DNA of 64,000 nt from an uncultured Pelagibacteraceae bacterium (GCA_902514745.1 CABXRX010000001.1:9130-73129), one strand, 5' to 3'. Shown: positions 39,354 to 50,732, numbered from the stretch's first letter. Numbers and translations: made by a program. Notes: generated by a model from the sequence alone, not told the origin.

Positions 39354-40670
39354 CTAAAAGCTTCCAGGTTTGTTTTCTTCAACTACAGGTTCTGTCACAG
39401 GTTTAATTGGTTCTTCAATTGGCTCTGTAGATGGATTTAATTCAATACCTGCAGGAGTAATTGATTGAGGCATCGCAACAAACTGTGAATCTGGGTTTTC
39501 AACAACAGGTCTAACTCTAGATCTATAAACTCCATAGATACCAATTAGAGAGTGAAAAAATAATAAAAAAATAAAAAATCCATTAGGTCCAACCATACCC
39601 ATAAAGATAGAGCATAAAAAAGGTCCACCCATTGCTCCCATTCCAAATGTAAACTGTAAACTAGCTCCAGCAGCAACAAATTTTTCTTTTGGAATAAAGT
39701 CATTAGTGTGAGCCAAAATCAAAGAGAACATTGGAAGACTACAAAAAGAAAATAAAATTAAAAAAACATAAAACCAAAATTTACTAGTTGCTAATTCACC
39801 TGGTAAATACATTTGTCTTGATGATAAAATTGCACAAAGAGCAAAAAAAGCAGCAGCAAAAGTCACAATTATAATTACTTTTCTTCTATCAAACATGTCT
39901 GATAGCTTTCCAATTGGCCATTGGGATATCGCACCAGAAATTGCAAGCAAGAATGTAACTAATGAAATTTGAAAAATTGAAAAATTCATTGTTGTTGCGT
40001 ACACTGCAAGCAATGTAAATAATGCAGACTGTATTGTTCCATAAAAAAATGAACTTACCATTCCAAATGGAGATGAAATAAATACTTCTTGCAAAGACAT
40101 TTTTGATATTTTTTTAAATGTTGGAGCTTTTCTTTTTGTAAGTAAAATCGGAATTAGTGCCGCTGAAGTAATAACTGAAATTAATATAAAAGGCTCAAAG
40201 TTAAGTGGATCATTAAAGTTTAGTAAAAACATTCCTAGTCCCATTGCCCCATATAAGATGACCATATAAACTGACAAAACACTTCCTCTATTTTTATTGC
40301 TAGCTCTGTCATTTAACCAGCTTTCAGCAACAGTATAAATTGAAACCATACTAATGCCCGTCAACACTCTTAACAAAAACCAAACAAAAGGACTTACATA
40401 TACCGCGTGAATTAGCACAACTAGTGAAGCTGTTGATGCAAATGCAGCAAAAACTCTAATATGACCTACTCTAGAAATTATTTGAGGAATAGTTTTGGCA
40501 CCGATAAAGTAACCAACAAAGTATCCAGACATCATAAAACCAGTTGCAGTTAAACTAAATTCTTCTTTAACAGCTCTAACTCCAAGAAGTGATCCTTGAA
40601 ATCCATAGGCAAGCATAAGTGCTCCCATACCTAGAAATAAAGCCCATGAATTTTTTAATACTTTTTCCAT
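39354..40670 (-). CDS. MFS transporter (YcaD-like)
   Basis: About twelve TM helices; RVGHIRVF, ESWLN and GKLSDMFDRR motifs. Confidence 0.9.
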   Translation of the reverse strand: MEKVLKNSWALFLGMGALMLAYGFQGSLLGVRAVKEEFSLTATGFMMSGYFVGYFIGAKTIPQIISRVGHIRVFAAFASTASLVVLIHAVYVSPFVWFLLRVLTGISMVSIYTVAESWLNDRASNKNRGSVLSVYMVILYGAMGLGMFLLNFNDPLNFEPFILISVITSAALIPILLTKRKAPTFKKISKMSLQEVFISSPFGMVSSFFYGTIQSALFTLLAVYATTMNFSIFQISLVTFLLAISGAISQWPIGKLSDMFDRRKVIIIVTFAAAFFALCAILSSRQMYLPGELATSKFWFYVFLILFSFCSLPMFSLILAHTNDFIPKEKFVAAGASLQFTFGMGAMGGPFLCSIFMGMVGPNGFFIFLLFFHSLIGIYGVYRSRVRPVVENPDSQFVAMPQSITPAGIELNPSTEPIEEPIKPVTEPVVEENKPGSF

Positions 40671-40727
40671 CTGAATCGCTATCTATTTCTGATTTGTGGC
40701 TAAATCAAGTTAATTGTAATTTAAGAT

Positions 40728-41606
40728 TTACGATTTTTTAAGCTTAAGGAATGAATGAATTGCAATCGTTAAAATGATGACCGTTCCGCCTTGAATGGTT
40801 TCGATGCTTGGTTGTTCTTTGATTACCATCCATACCCAAAAAGGACCAATAATAGTCTCTAATAAAAAGAATAAATTAACCTCCTCAGCAGGAATAAATC
40901 TTGGAGCAATAGTCACCAATACAAAAGGAATAGCAACACACATTACACACATTAAAGGGACAATTATTAAGTCTGTACCTATTAAAGAAAAACTATCTAC
41001 GAAAAAAAAAGCAAAAATTGCTACACAAAGTTTACCAATTACTGCAGAGGGTACTAAGTCTCTATTTTTAGCAAATCTTGCAATAACAGCATTGCAAGCA
41101 AGTCCAAACGCAGTAATTATACCAAATAAATCCCCATAAAAATTACCCATCTCAATTGAGTCATAAAAAATGTAAGTAACAGAAATTAAAGTTACAATTA
41201 TAGCAACCCAAGTTTTATGATCCGGCACTTCTTTTAGAAAGATGCTGCCCAATATAGCTGATAACATTGGGGCCATTGCAATCATCACTAAAGTATTCGC
41301 AACATTAGTATTTTGGATAGAAATTAAAAAAGTAATATTACAGATAGAAAAACTTATGACATAAAAAATACCAGGATATCCAATATTTACCAAAGCTTTT
41401 AATAAATTATTTTTATAAAAAAAAATAAGTCCTATAAGGACAACCACAAAAGGAATTGCACCTCTATAAAAAAGCATTCCCCAAGTTTCAATATTAGAAA
41501 GCCTAATAAAGATAGAGTCAGGAGTAATTAGCATGACAGCAATAAATGCTAATAAAGATCCTTTGTGTTGGTTTGATAAATTCTTCATGCTTTTAATTCT
41601 TTCCAA
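40728..41606 (-). CDS. DMT/EamA family transporter
   Basis: About ten TM helices and LETIIGPFWVW; true start may be at 41588. Confidence 0.85.
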   Translation of the reverse strand: MERIKSMKNLSNQHKGSLLAFIAVMLITPDSIFIRLSNIETWGMLFYRGAIPFVVVLIGLIFFYKNNLLKALVNIGYPGIFYVISFSICNITFLISIQNTNVANTLVMIAMAPMLSAILGSIFLKEVPDHKTWVAIIVTLISVTYIFYDSIEMGNFYGDLFGIITAFGLACNAVIARFAKNRDLVPSAVIGKLCVAIFAFFFVDSFSLIGTDLIIVPLMCVMCVAIPFVLVTIAPRFIPAEEVNLFFLLETIIGPFWVWMVIKEQPSIETIQGGTVIILTIAIHSFLKLKKS

Positions 41607-42520
41607 AAAGTTTTTGCAAGATTAATTCCAGACAAATCATATAGTGTTTTTAATCCAGTAGGGGAAGTTACGTTAATATCTCCATTTAATTTTTGATCAA
41701 TAAAATCAATACCAGCAAAAAAAATATTTTCTTTTTTAAGATCTTTAGCAATTAATTTTGAAATTTTTTTTTCTTTAGCTGATAAATTACTATTAATCGG
41801 TTTTGCACCCTTACTCATATTACTTAGAAAAGAACCTTGCTTTGGAATTCTTGATATCACACCACAAACTTTACCATTAATAATAAATACTCTTTTATCT
41901 CCTTTACTGATCTTAGGTAAAAATTTTTGACACATAATATGATCGTGTTTTTTGATAAATTGGTAAATTAATTTTGAATTAAATTTATTTAATAGATGAA
42001 TATCATTCCCACTATAACTATGAATGGGTTTTAAAATTACTTTTTTATTTTTTTTAAAAAATTTTTTAATTTCACTAATATTTTTAGTAAAAATAGTGTT
42101 TGGCATATATTTTTGATATCTAACAGAATATAGTTTTTCAGATATATTTCTTATTGAGGTGGGGTTATTTACAATCTTAACTTTGTTTTTAATAGCATCT
42201 AAGATGTAGGTTGTTGAGATATATTCAAGATTAAATGGAGGATCTTGTCGTATAAGGATAAATTTACATTTAATAAGTTCTAATTTTTGTTTTTTTAAAA
42301 TTTTATAGAATTTTTTATTTTCATAATTAAATTTGATAAAAAATCCTGAGGCAATTACTTTTGAATTTATTACTGATAAGTCTTTTGGATCATAATAAAA
42401 TATCTTGTAATTTTTGCTTTGGATTTCATGGGCAAGAAAAACACTAGTATCTGTTATAGGGTTTAATTTAGAAGGGTTATTTCCTTGAACAGCTACAATT
42501 TTATTTATCATATAATTCAC
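41585..42520 (-). CDS. gshB: Glutathione synthetase
   Basis: RQDPPF, GDKR and INVTSPTG motifs. Confidence 0.93.
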   Translation of the reverse strand: MNYMINKIVAVQGNNPSKLNPITDTSVFLAHEIQSKNYKIFYYDPKDLSVINSKVIASGFFIKFNYENKKFYKILKKQKLELIKCKFILIRQDPPFNLEYISTTYILDAIKNKVKIVNNPTSIRNISEKLYSVRYQKYMPNTIFTKNISEIKKFFKKNKKVILKPIHSYSGNDIHLLNKFNSKLIYQFIKKHDHIMCQKFLPKISKGDKRVFIINGKVCGVISRIPKQGSFLSNMSKGAKPINSNLSAKEKKISKLIAKDLKKENIFFAGIDFIDQKLNGDINVTSPTGLKTLYDLSGINLAKTFWKELKA

Positions 42521-43796
42521 TTAAATCTTCAATTTTAGAAAATTTATTGATCATATGATCTGCGTTAGTTAATCTATTATCAATTACTTTTTGTAAATGA
42601 TTTAAAAATAAAGTTTCATTTTTTCCACGCTTATTAAGTATATCCCTTTTTTCTAATCCTTTTTTAGACAAATCTAATAATGTACTGGCCCAATAGAGTA
42701 GATCTTTACCCATCAGTTGAGTGTTAAATCCTTTTTCTGGAGATTCAAGATATGCGTTAATAATTTTACTTTTGTCCCATTTTGAAATTATTTCATAAAC
42801 TTCATCTAGATTTCCGTACAACATACCAATAAAAAATGCAGGTCCAGAACATAAGCAATCCCAACCACAAGTATCCATTGAACGAAGTTCAATATATTTT
42901 TTTAATCTATTTTCAGTAAAAATTGTACTTAAGTGAGTTGTTAAATCGTTCTCAGTCGGCGGTTTATTTCCTATTTTATCAATCTTACCTTCCATGAAGT
43001 TTTTAAAAGTAAATTTTCTTCCAGAAACATAAGCACCTTCATGTTGTATAAATAAAATTGGAAAATTAATTATAAATTCAGCATATTTTTCAAAGTCTAA
43101 TTCTTCAAAAAATATTTTAGGAAGACCACCTCGTGATGTGTTTTGCCAAACTTTCGATCTATAAGATAAATACTTACTTTTTTTCTTTTCAACTATTGCC
43201 GAGTTTGCAAACATAGCAATTGAAATAGGAACTATTGAATTTACAATCTTAAATTTTTTTATGAAGTCCTCTTCAGAATTGTAATCTATATTTAATTGAG
43301 TTCCGCATGTTCGATACATCATATCTAAACTTAGTTCACCTCCAAGAGGCATATCTTTAGTCATTAATTCGTATCGTTGTTTTGGGTTATTAGGAATTTC
43401 TTCTAATTTAGAGATAGGATCAAACCCAGCACTTACAATATTTATATCTAATTTTTGAGTAACTTGTCTTAATTCAAAAAGATAATCTTGCGACTCTGCG
43501 CAAGCTTCATGAATGTGATTGAGCTTATCTCCCGATAATTCTATCTGGTTTCCAGGTTCAAGAGTAATGTTCTTACCTCCCTTGGTTAATCCAATAATAT
43601 TTTTATTTTCTAAAATTGGGTTCCAGCCAAATTCTAAAAGTGCTGAAAACATTTGTTTTATTTTTGAATAATCTATTCTCTTATGATTTTTATTATCAAA
43701 AAGAAATTTTTCATGTTCAATTCCAATTCTGAAGTCTTTTTTTTCTTTTATTCCAGATTTGAAATAATTTATTATTTGTTCTTTAGAGGTTATCAT
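42501..43796 (-). CDS. gshA: Glutamate-cysteine ligase
   Basis: IGIEHEK, LEPGNQIELSG, TCGTQLN and YIELRSMD motifs. Confidence 0.93.
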   Translation of the reverse strand: MITSKEQIINYFKSGIKEKKDFRIGIEHEKFLFDNKNHKRIDYSKIKQMFSALLEFGWNPILENKNIIGLTKGGKNITLEPGNQIELSGDKLNHIHEACAESQDYLFELRQVTQKLDINIVSAGFDPISKLEEIPNNPKQRYELMTKDMPLGGELSLDMMYRTCGTQLNIDYNSEEDFIKKFKIVNSIVPISIAMFANSAIVEKKKSKYLSYRSKVWQNTSRGGLPKIFFEELDFEKYAEFIINFPILFIQHEGAYVSGRKFTFKNFMEGKIDKIGNKPPTENDLTTHLSTIFTENRLKKYIELRSMDTCGWDCLCSGPAFFIGMLYGNLDEVYEIISKWDKSKIINAYLESPEKGFNTQLMGKDLLYWASTLLDLSKKGLEKRDILNKRGKNETLFLNHLQKVIDNRLTNADHMINKFSKIEDLSELYDK

Positions 43797-43826
43797 TATT
43801 CTTTAAATAATATCTTATTTTATAAT

Positions 43827-44384
43827 TTAAAGATAATAATAAGGTTTTTTAGAAAAAATTTTTTGAACCATAGGGTAAAAATCTTCTAAAGTCATACTTT
43901 TATAATTTGGATCAAAAGAAGTTTGATCATAATTTTCACAAAAATTAATTGTGTCTTGATAATACTTATGGTCTTTAAATTTATCTCTAGCATTTCTATC
44001 TCCACCTAAATGATGAGCGCTATAGTAAGTTTGAAAAAGACCATGATGTTTAATTATCCAATAAGTTCTCTCTGAAACATAAGGTTTTAGAATTGATGCT
44101 GCATACTGCGAATGGTTCATTGGGGCTAAATCATCGCCAATGTCGTGTAATAATGTGGCAACAACCATTTCCTCACTTTCACCATTTTTATATGCTCTGG
44201 TTGCAGCCTGTAAAGAATGTTCCAATCTTGTAATCTGATACCCTTCAAGAGTTGTTGTTTGATCTGCTAAATATTTTAAAATTCTATCAGCTGTTTTTCT
44301 TTCAAAATCTTTTTCATATTTTTCTAACAATTGATAGTCTTCTTTGGTACCATTTTTCATTTCTGTAAAACTTACTTTTTTCAT
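43827..44384 (-). CDS. HD-domain protein (PhnZ/TmpB-like)
   Basis: LEHSLQAA, LLHDIGD, NHS, HHG and YDQ metal-ligand pattern. Confidence 0.8.
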   Translation of the reverse strand: MKKVSFTEMKNGTKEDYQLLEKYEKDFERKTADRILKYLADQTTTLEGYQITRLEHSLQAATRAYKNGESEEMVVATLLHDIGDDLAPMNHSQYAASILKPYVSERTYWIIKHHGLFQTYYSAHHLGGDRNARDKFKDHKYYQDTINFCENYDQTSFDPNYKSMTLEDFYPMVQKIFSKKPYYYL

Positions 44385-44387
44385 TTT

Positions 44388-45869
44388 TTAATTATTTGAA
44401 GCTGTGTTTAATAAAGATAATTGAGTAATTTTGTTATCACCTAATTCATCAATAGGTTTCACAGGATAATCTCCAGTAAAATAATGATCAGTAAGCTGTG
44501 GGTAAGTGTCATTTCTTTTGTTAAAACCAATCGCTTTATATAACCCATTAAGAGATAAGAATTTTAAAGATTTTGCTCCAATATACTCGCAAATTTCTTC
44601 ATTTGTTTTGTTAGCCGCTAACAATTCTTTTTTAGTTGGTGTATCAACTCCGTAAAAATCTGGATATCTTATTTCAGGACAAGCAATTTTAAGATGCACT
44701 TCCTTAGCGCCTGCATCATATAACATCTTAATAATTTTGTGTGAAGTTGTCCCTCTAACAAGTGAGTCGTCGATTAAAATAATCTTTTTATTTTTAATTG
44801 TACTTTGATTAGCATTTAATTTTAACTTCACTCCCAAACTTCTAATTTTTTGACTTGGTTCAATAAATGTTCTTCCTACGTAATGATTTCTTATCAAGCC
44901 ATGTTCATAATTCATTTTTAAGTGTTGAGCAAAACCAAGAGCTGCTGCGTTACCACTATCAGGAACAGGAACAACGATATCTGCCTCAACATCATTTTCT
45001 TTAGCAAGTTCAACTCCAATATTTTTTCTGTGTTCATAAGCTGTTTTGTTTTCAAGAATACTGTCAGGTCTTGCAAAATAAATATACTCAAACACGCAAG
45101 GCCTTACCTTTTTGAGAGGAAAAGGTTTGATACTTTTTAATTTATCATTTTCAATTAAAACAATTTCTCCATTTTCAACATCTCTTTCAAATTTAGCACC
45201 AATAATATCTAACGCGCAAGTTTCTGAAGCAAGAACATAACTTTTACCTAGTTTACCAATTACTAGTGGTCTAATACCATAAGGATCTCTTACTCCAATC
45301 AATGAATTTTGTGTTAACATAACTAAAGCATACCCACCTTGAATTTGAAATATAGCATCAACTACTTTATCAATTGTTTTAGTTCTCTTTGATTTTGCAA
45401 TTAATTGAACAATTGTTTCAGTATCAGAAGTTGAGTAAAAAATAGCTCCATCTTCAACTAATTTATTTCTTAGAGCAATAGAATTGGTTAAATTTCCGTT
45501 ATGAGCTACTCCAATCCCACCAGCATTCGTATCCGCAAAAAAAGGCTGTATGTTTCTTAAAGTATTTTCTCCTGTTGTGCTGTATCTATTATGACCAATA
45601 GAATGGTTTCCTTTCAGATTTTTAAGTATTTTTTCCTTATTAAAATTGTCACCAACCAATCCAAATCTTTTTTCTGAATAGTATTTTTCCCCATCAAATG
45701 TTACTATTCCGCAACCTTCCTGACCACGGTGTTGAAGTGCGTGGAGACCGAGAGCTGTCAATGCAGAAGCATCTTTAGCATTGCTTATACCAAATACACC
45801 ACATTCCTCTTTTAATTTTGGATCAAAGTTCTTGAATTTTTTCTTTAGAGTCTTGATATGTTTTTTCAT
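44388..45869 (-). CDS. purF: Amidophosphoribosyltransferase
   Basis: EECGVFG, LQHRGQ and DDSLVRGTT motifs. Confidence 0.97.
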   Translation of the reverse strand: MKKHIKTLKKKFKNFDPKLKEECGVFGISNAKDASALTALGLHALQHRGQEGCGIVTFDGEKYYSEKRFGLVGDNFNKEKILKNLKGNHSIGHNRYSTTGENTLRNIQPFFADTNAGGIGVAHNGNLTNSIALRNKLVEDGAIFYSTSDTETIVQLIAKSKRTKTIDKVVDAIFQIQGGYALVMLTQNSLIGVRDPYGIRPLVIGKLGKSYVLASETCALDIIGAKFERDVENGEIVLIENDKLKSIKPFPLKKVRPCVFEYIYFARPDSILENKTAYEHRKNIGVELAKENDVEADIVVPVPDSGNAAALGFAQHLKMNYEHGLIRNHYVGRTFIEPSQKIRSLGVKLKLNANQSTIKNKKIILIDDSLVRGTTSHKIIKMLYDAGAKEVHLKIACPEIRYPDFYGVDTPTKKELLAANKTNEEICEYIGAKSLKFLSLNGLYKAIGFNKRNDTYPQLTDHYFTGDYPVKPIDELGDNKITQLSLLNTASNN

Positions 45870-46368
45870 TAGGAAATTCTTTTATGAGATAATTACTACC
45901 TTTTTCAAGGTAAGGAAAGATGTATGATTGATCTTTGTTTATAGGCCATTTATCGTGATTGTAGATAATATGAAATCCCGAAAATATACAAACTGAAATT
46001 ATATAAGCTTTTATAAATCCAAAAAAGAATCCAAATGTTGTATCTAAGCCGCCTATACCAGTATAATTAACCGCTTTACTTATTCCTTTATTAACAAGTA
46101 GTACTAAAAAAATAACTACTACAAAAATAATAACTCCAAGACCCACATCTAAAACATACTCATTATCAATAATGTTACTGAAATAAGGCTTAACTTTTGG
46201 AAATATAATTAAAGTAATAACATAAGCAAGCAACCATTTTGCCATTGATAAAATACTTAGGACGAATCCTTTTCTGTAAGAACTAATTATGGAAAATATA
46301 GTTATGATTAAATAAATTAGATCAATTACAGATATAGCATTATAAAAATCTATCAAACTCTCACCCAT
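45823..46368 (-). CDS. cvpA: CvpA family protein
   Basis: RKGFV and LDTTFGFFFG motifs; directly upstream of purF. Confidence 0.9.
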   Translation of the reverse strand: MGESLIDFYNAISVIDLIYLIITIFSIISSYRKGFVLSILSMAKWLLAYVITLIIFPKVKPYFSNIIDNEYVLDVGLGVIIFVVVIFLVLLVNKGISKAVNYTGIGGLDTTFGFFFGFIKAYIISVCIFSGFHIIYNHDKWPINKDQSYIFPYLEKGSNYLIKEFPNEKTYQDSKEKIQEL

Positions 46369-46373
46369 CTAAA

Positions 46374-48764
46374 TTATTTTCCAAAAGGTTTAATAGTTAA
46401 AATTAAAGCAGGCAACAAAGTCAAAACAGATATCATTGCAAGTAACATTGCAAGTCCAGTAAACATACCAAAATAAATTGTAGGTATAAATTTTGATAAA
46501 ACTAAAATTGAAAAACCAAAGACAATAGTAATAGATGTATTTAGTATAGCTACCCCAACCGTTGAGTGGCATTTTTTAAGAGTTTTATTATAATCCTTAA
46601 CTTTATTAAACTCTTCCTTAAATCTATAAATATAGTGAATACTATTATCCACAGCTATTCCAATAGTGATAGCAGCAATTGTAATTGTCATCATATCTAA
46701 AGGAATACCTAGAATACCTATAATTCCTAAAATAAAAAAAGCTGCTATAAAATTAGGAACCACGCCAATAAGAGACAACTTTATATTTCTAAATAGAATT
46801 ATAAACATTGAAAATATTCCTATCATAACTAATCCCAAAGTTAGAATTTGTGATTTAAATAAACTTTGTAATAAATTATTAAATAAAATTAAAACTCCAG
46901 CTAGTTTAAACTCACTTTCCTGTAATCCTAATTTATCCTTAAGTTCAAAATTGATTTTATTTATTAAATCATTTCTTCTTAAGTTTTCTTGTGAGTCTAT
47001 TATTCTTAAATTAATCCTAGCTTCATTATTTTCGATGGATAAGTAAGGATCAATAATTTCAGTTTTGATATTCTGTGGAATTTTAGAATATAGAACCCCC
47101 ATTTCTAAAGTACCAAGTGGCTTATTATTATTTAATTGAGTTGCAACATCAATTATTGATGAAAAAGATATAACTTTCCCAACTTGTGGAAGGCTATCTA
47201 AGTAATTATGAACAGAAGCAATTTTATCAACTTTATCCTTAGTAAACCAATATTTTTTTTCATTTTTTTCATCCTCATCACCCCAATCCTCAAACTCATC
47301 ATCTTCTTTTGATGTCTCATTATTTTTACTTACAGGAAATTTTAAAATAACTTCAAGTGGGGTAGTGCCACCTAATTCTTCATCTATCAGTTTCATTCCT
47401 TTATAGATTTCAGTATTTTTATTAAAGTAATTAATAAAGCTATTTTCTACTTCTAGCTTGCTAATTCCAATAATACTCAAAATAATAACAATTCCTGTCA
47501 TTCCAAAGATTGTATTTTTATTATTTAAAGAGAGCAGGCTTAACAAATTTGTAATTTTAGATTCTTGCTCTTTTTTAAGAGAAATATTTTTTGTCGGTAC
47601 AAAATTTAAAAGAGTTGGAAGTAAAGTAAAGGTAATAACAAATGATGTTACTAATCCAAAAGACATCATCCAACCAAAGTCTATAATTGGTTTAATTCCA
47701 CTAAAGATTAAGGATAAAAAAGCAAATATAGTCGTTAAAACTGTATATAAAATTGGCCAAAACATTTTATTCGTTGTAAGAGAAATGATTTCAAAGTTAC
47801 TTTTAGTAGAGTAATCTTTTCTAAGTTGCAGAAAGCGAGTACTCATATGGATGTTCATAGCCATTGTTAGAATGAGCATCAATGCTATAAAGTTTGATGA
47901 AATAACTGTCACCTTCCAACCTAAAATCCCAAGCAAACCCAACATAATCACAACAGAAAATAAGCAACTACTTATTGGAACAATAATCCAAATTAATTTT
48001 CTAAATATAAACCATAAAGTAGCAATAATGAATAAAAGAACCCCTAAACCAAAAACTATAATATCGCTTTTAATGAAAGTCATCATATCATCAGCTATCA
48101 TAGGAATTCCTCCAAGATGTATTTTACCCACATCACCATAACTCTGAATAACCTGCCTAATCTCTAAAATATTTTCATGATTTTGTTTTTTTATTTTATC
48201 TTTGTGAGCTTCAATTTCTTCTTTTGATAAATTTTCAATATTTTTTAACTTTTTACCTTCTTTAATATTTACAATAATCCCACTTGTATTCCCATCTTCA
48301 CTAATTATAAAATTTCTAAAAACAGGACTATTAAGAATTTCTTTAAACCCACGATTTCTATCAACCTCCTCATCTTTTAGAGTTTTAAAACTTTCAAGTC
48401 TTTCCTGTAAAGGCGCGTCTGAATTACTTAAAAGAGGTACATCTAAAAGTGTAATGACGCTGTGTACCCAATTTAGACTTTGGATTTTATATTTTAAGCT
48501 TAAAAGATTATTTATTGAGTTATCAGTTACCATCCCCTCATTTGGAGTATAAGTAAGAATTAAGAAATCTTTTGAACCGTATCTTTCAGTTAATTCTTTA
48601 AGGTAAATTAGATCAGGATCACCCTCTATCAATAATGTTTCCGAAGATGCATCTAGCCTGAAATCCTTTGAATAATAACCAAAGCTTAATATAGCAATAA
48701 TAAGTATAAGAAATATTGTTTTAGGGTTTTTAAGAACTCCATTTTGATAGAATTGAGCAAACAT
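46374..48764 (-). CDS. MMPL/RND family transporter
   Basis: Two TM blocks with large soluble loops; GIAVDNSIH motif. Confidence 0.88.
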   Translation of the reverse strand: MFAQFYQNGVLKNPKTIFLILIIAILSFGYYSKDFRLDASSETLLIEGDPDLIYLKELTERYGSKDFLILTYTPNEGMVTDNSINNLLSLKYKIQSLNWVHSVITLLDVPLLSNSDAPLQERLESFKTLKDEEVDRNRGFKEILNSPVFRNFIISEDGNTSGIIVNIKEGKKLKNIENLSKEEIEAHKDKIKKQNHENILEIRQVIQSYGDVGKIHLGGIPMIADDMMTFIKSDIIVFGLGVLLFIIATLWFIFRKLIWIIVPISSCLFSVVIMLGLLGILGWKVTVISSNFIALMLILTMAMNIHMSTRFLQLRKDYSTKSNFEIISLTTNKMFWPILYTVLTTIFAFLSLIFSGIKPIIDFGWMMSFGLVTSFVITFTLLPTLLNFVPTKNISLKKEQESKITNLLSLLSLNNKNTIFGMTGIVIILSIIGISKLEVENSFINYFNKNTEIYKGMKLIDEELGGTTPLEVILKFPVSKNNETSKEDDEFEDWGDEDEKNEKKYWFTKDKVDKIASVHNYLDSLPQVGKVISFSSIIDVATQLNNNKPLGTLEMGVLYSKIPQNIKTEIIDPYLSIENNEARINLRIIDSQENLRRNDLINKINFELKDKLGLQESEFKLAGVLILFNNLLQSLFKSQILTLGLVMIGIFSMFIILFRNIKLSLIGVVPNFIAAFFILGIIGILGIPLDMMTITIAAITIGIAVDNSIHYIYRFKEEFNKVKDYNKTLKKCHSTVGVAILNTSITIVFGFSILVLSKFIPTIYFGMFTGLAMLLAMISVLTLLPALILTIKPFGK

Positions 48765-48784
48765 TAGCTCTTTTATATTGGAAT

Positions 48785-50203
48785 TTAATTAATTTGAGTA
48801 TCTTTAAATTTGGTGAATCTCTCTTCAAACTCAAGAGTTACGTTACCTATTGGGCCGTGACGTTGTTTTCCAATTATAATTTGAGCTAAGTGAGCAACTT
48901 CATTCATTTTTGCTTGCCATTCTGCATGTTCAACTGTTGCTTCTCTTGGTTCTTTTCTTTGTAAATAATATCCTTCTCTATATACAAACATTACTACATC
49001 AGCATCCTGTTCAATTGATCCAGATTCCCTTAAATCAGCTAGTTGAGGTTTGTGATCATCTCTTTGCTCAACTTGTCTTGAAAGTTGCGATAGAGCTACA
49101 ACTGGAACAGCAAGTTCTTTTGCAATTGCTTTTAATCCTTGAGTAATTTGTGAAATTTCTTGAACTCTACCATCCTTGTTGAATGTTGTTCCTCTCATCA
49201 ATTGGATATAATCAACTACAATCATATCAAGACCAAACAGTCTTTTAATTCTTCTAGCTCTATTGCTCATCGCAGCAATACTGATTGCTGGAGTTTCATC
49301 AATATACAATGGAAGTTCAGAAATATTTTTCGATGTCTCTAAAAATTTATCAAATTGTTCATCTGAAATTCTTCCTCTTCTTATATCATTTGAACTTATT
49401 CTAGATTGTTCCGAAATAATTCTTGTAGACAGTTGTTCAGATGACATTTCCAATGAAAAGAAAGCAATAGATGATTTTTTACCACTATCTTGTAATTTTT
49501 GCGCAGCATTAAATGCTATATTAGTTGCAAGAGACGTTTTACCCATTGAAGGACGCCCAGCAATAATGATTAAATCTGATTGGTGGAGACCTCCAAGTTT
49601 ATCATCTAAATCTCTAAGACCAGTTGGAACGCCCACAATTCCCTCTTCATTTTTAAAAGCGGCAGAAGCCATTTCAATTGTTTGTTTCATGGCCTCATCA
49701 AATTTTACTAATGAAGAATTAAAAGAACCTTTTTCTGCTAAATCAAATAATAGTCTCTCTGAATTTTCAATAATAGTTTGACCATTAGTATCTAATTCAT
49801 TTAATTTTGCGCTGTCAATTGTTTGTTCAGAAATTTTAATTAATTCACGTCTTACAAACATATCATAAATTATTTTTGAGTATTCAACTGCTTGACGAAC
49901 TGATGTAGAAAATTTTGTAATTTTAACTAAATATTCTGGAATATTTAAATCATCTTTTTCGTCTTCAAAATAATTTTTAAGCGTTATAGGATTAGCTAGC
50001 ATCCCCTTGTAAATTAAGCTTTCAATAGCTTCAAAGATCTTTTGGTGCATTGGGTCGTAAAAATTAATGTTAGAAATTATTGTGCTAATTTCATCAAAGA
50101 TATCATTGCTAACTAGTATCGAGCCAATGACAGCTTGTTCAGCCTCAATATTATTTGGTAATTCTTTGAATTGATCCTTAACGATACTTAAATTGTTTTC
50201 CAT
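48785..50203 (-). CDS. dnaB: Replicative DNA helicase
   Basis: GRPSMGKT, DYIQL and LRESGSIEQDAD motifs. Confidence 0.98.
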   Translation of the reverse strand: MENNLSIVKDQFKELPNNIEAEQAVIGSILVSNDIFDEISTIISNINFYDPMHQKIFEAIESLIYKGMLANPITLKNYFEDEKDDLNIPEYLVKITKFSTSVRQAVEYSKIIYDMFVRRELIKISEQTIDSAKLNELDTNGQTIIENSERLLFDLAEKGSFNSSLVKFDEAMKQTIEMASAAFKNEEGIVGVPTGLRDLDDKLGGLHQSDLIIIAGRPSMGKTSLATNIAFNAAQKLQDSGKKSSIAFFSLEMSSEQLSTRIISEQSRISSNDIRRGRISDEQFDKFLETSKNISELPLYIDETPAISIAAMSNRARRIKRLFGLDMIVVDYIQLMRGTTFNKDGRVQEISQITQGLKAIAKELAVPVVALSQLSRQVEQRDDHKPQLADLRESGSIEQDADVVMFVYREGYYLQRKEPREATVEHAEWQAKMNEVAHLAQIIIGKQRHGPIGNVTLEFEERFTKFKDTQIN

Positions 50204-50272
50204 AAATCTTAATTTATAGAATTATTCATTTTTTAAAAATGACTAATAAATGCTGGGGAAAAAAATGTATAA

Positions 50273-50731
50273 TTACTGGATTGTATCAGCCGAAGTAACA
50301 CTTATTGTGATTTCTGCATCAACTTCTGAGTGTAAAGAAACCTTTACTTTAAATTTTCCCAAAGATTTAATTTCTTCAACTGGTTGTATCATTGAAGGTT
50401 TAATATCAATCTTGTTTTCTTCTTGGATTAATTTTGCAATTTCAGTTGGTTTGACAGAACCGTATAATTCATTGTTCTCGGTGCTTAGTTTTTTAACTGT
50501 GTATTCTTTATCATTAATTTGTTCTGAGATTTGTGTCGCTTCTTTTTTCTTTTCATTATCTTTTTTGGATAAATTGGCTTTTATTTTATCAACTTCTAAA
50601 ATATTTTCTTTTGAAGCATATAATGCTTTTTTATTAGCAATTAAAAAATTTCTTGCATAACCTCTTTTAACTTCTATTACCTCACCGATAGAACCAATTC
50701 TTTTTACGTTTTCTAGTAAAATAACTTTCAT
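50273..50731 (-). CDS. rplI: 50S ribosomal protein L9
   Basis: MKVILL, GYARNFL and LYGSV motifs. Confidence 0.97.
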   Translation of the reverse strand: MKVILLENVKRIGSIGEVIEVKRGYARNFLIANKKALYASKENILEVDKIKANLSKKDNEKKKEATQISEQINDKEYTVKKLSTENNELYGSVKPTEIAKLIQEENKIDIKPSMIQPVEEIKSLGKFKVKVSLHSEVDAEITISVTSADTIQ

Positions 50732-50732
50732 A

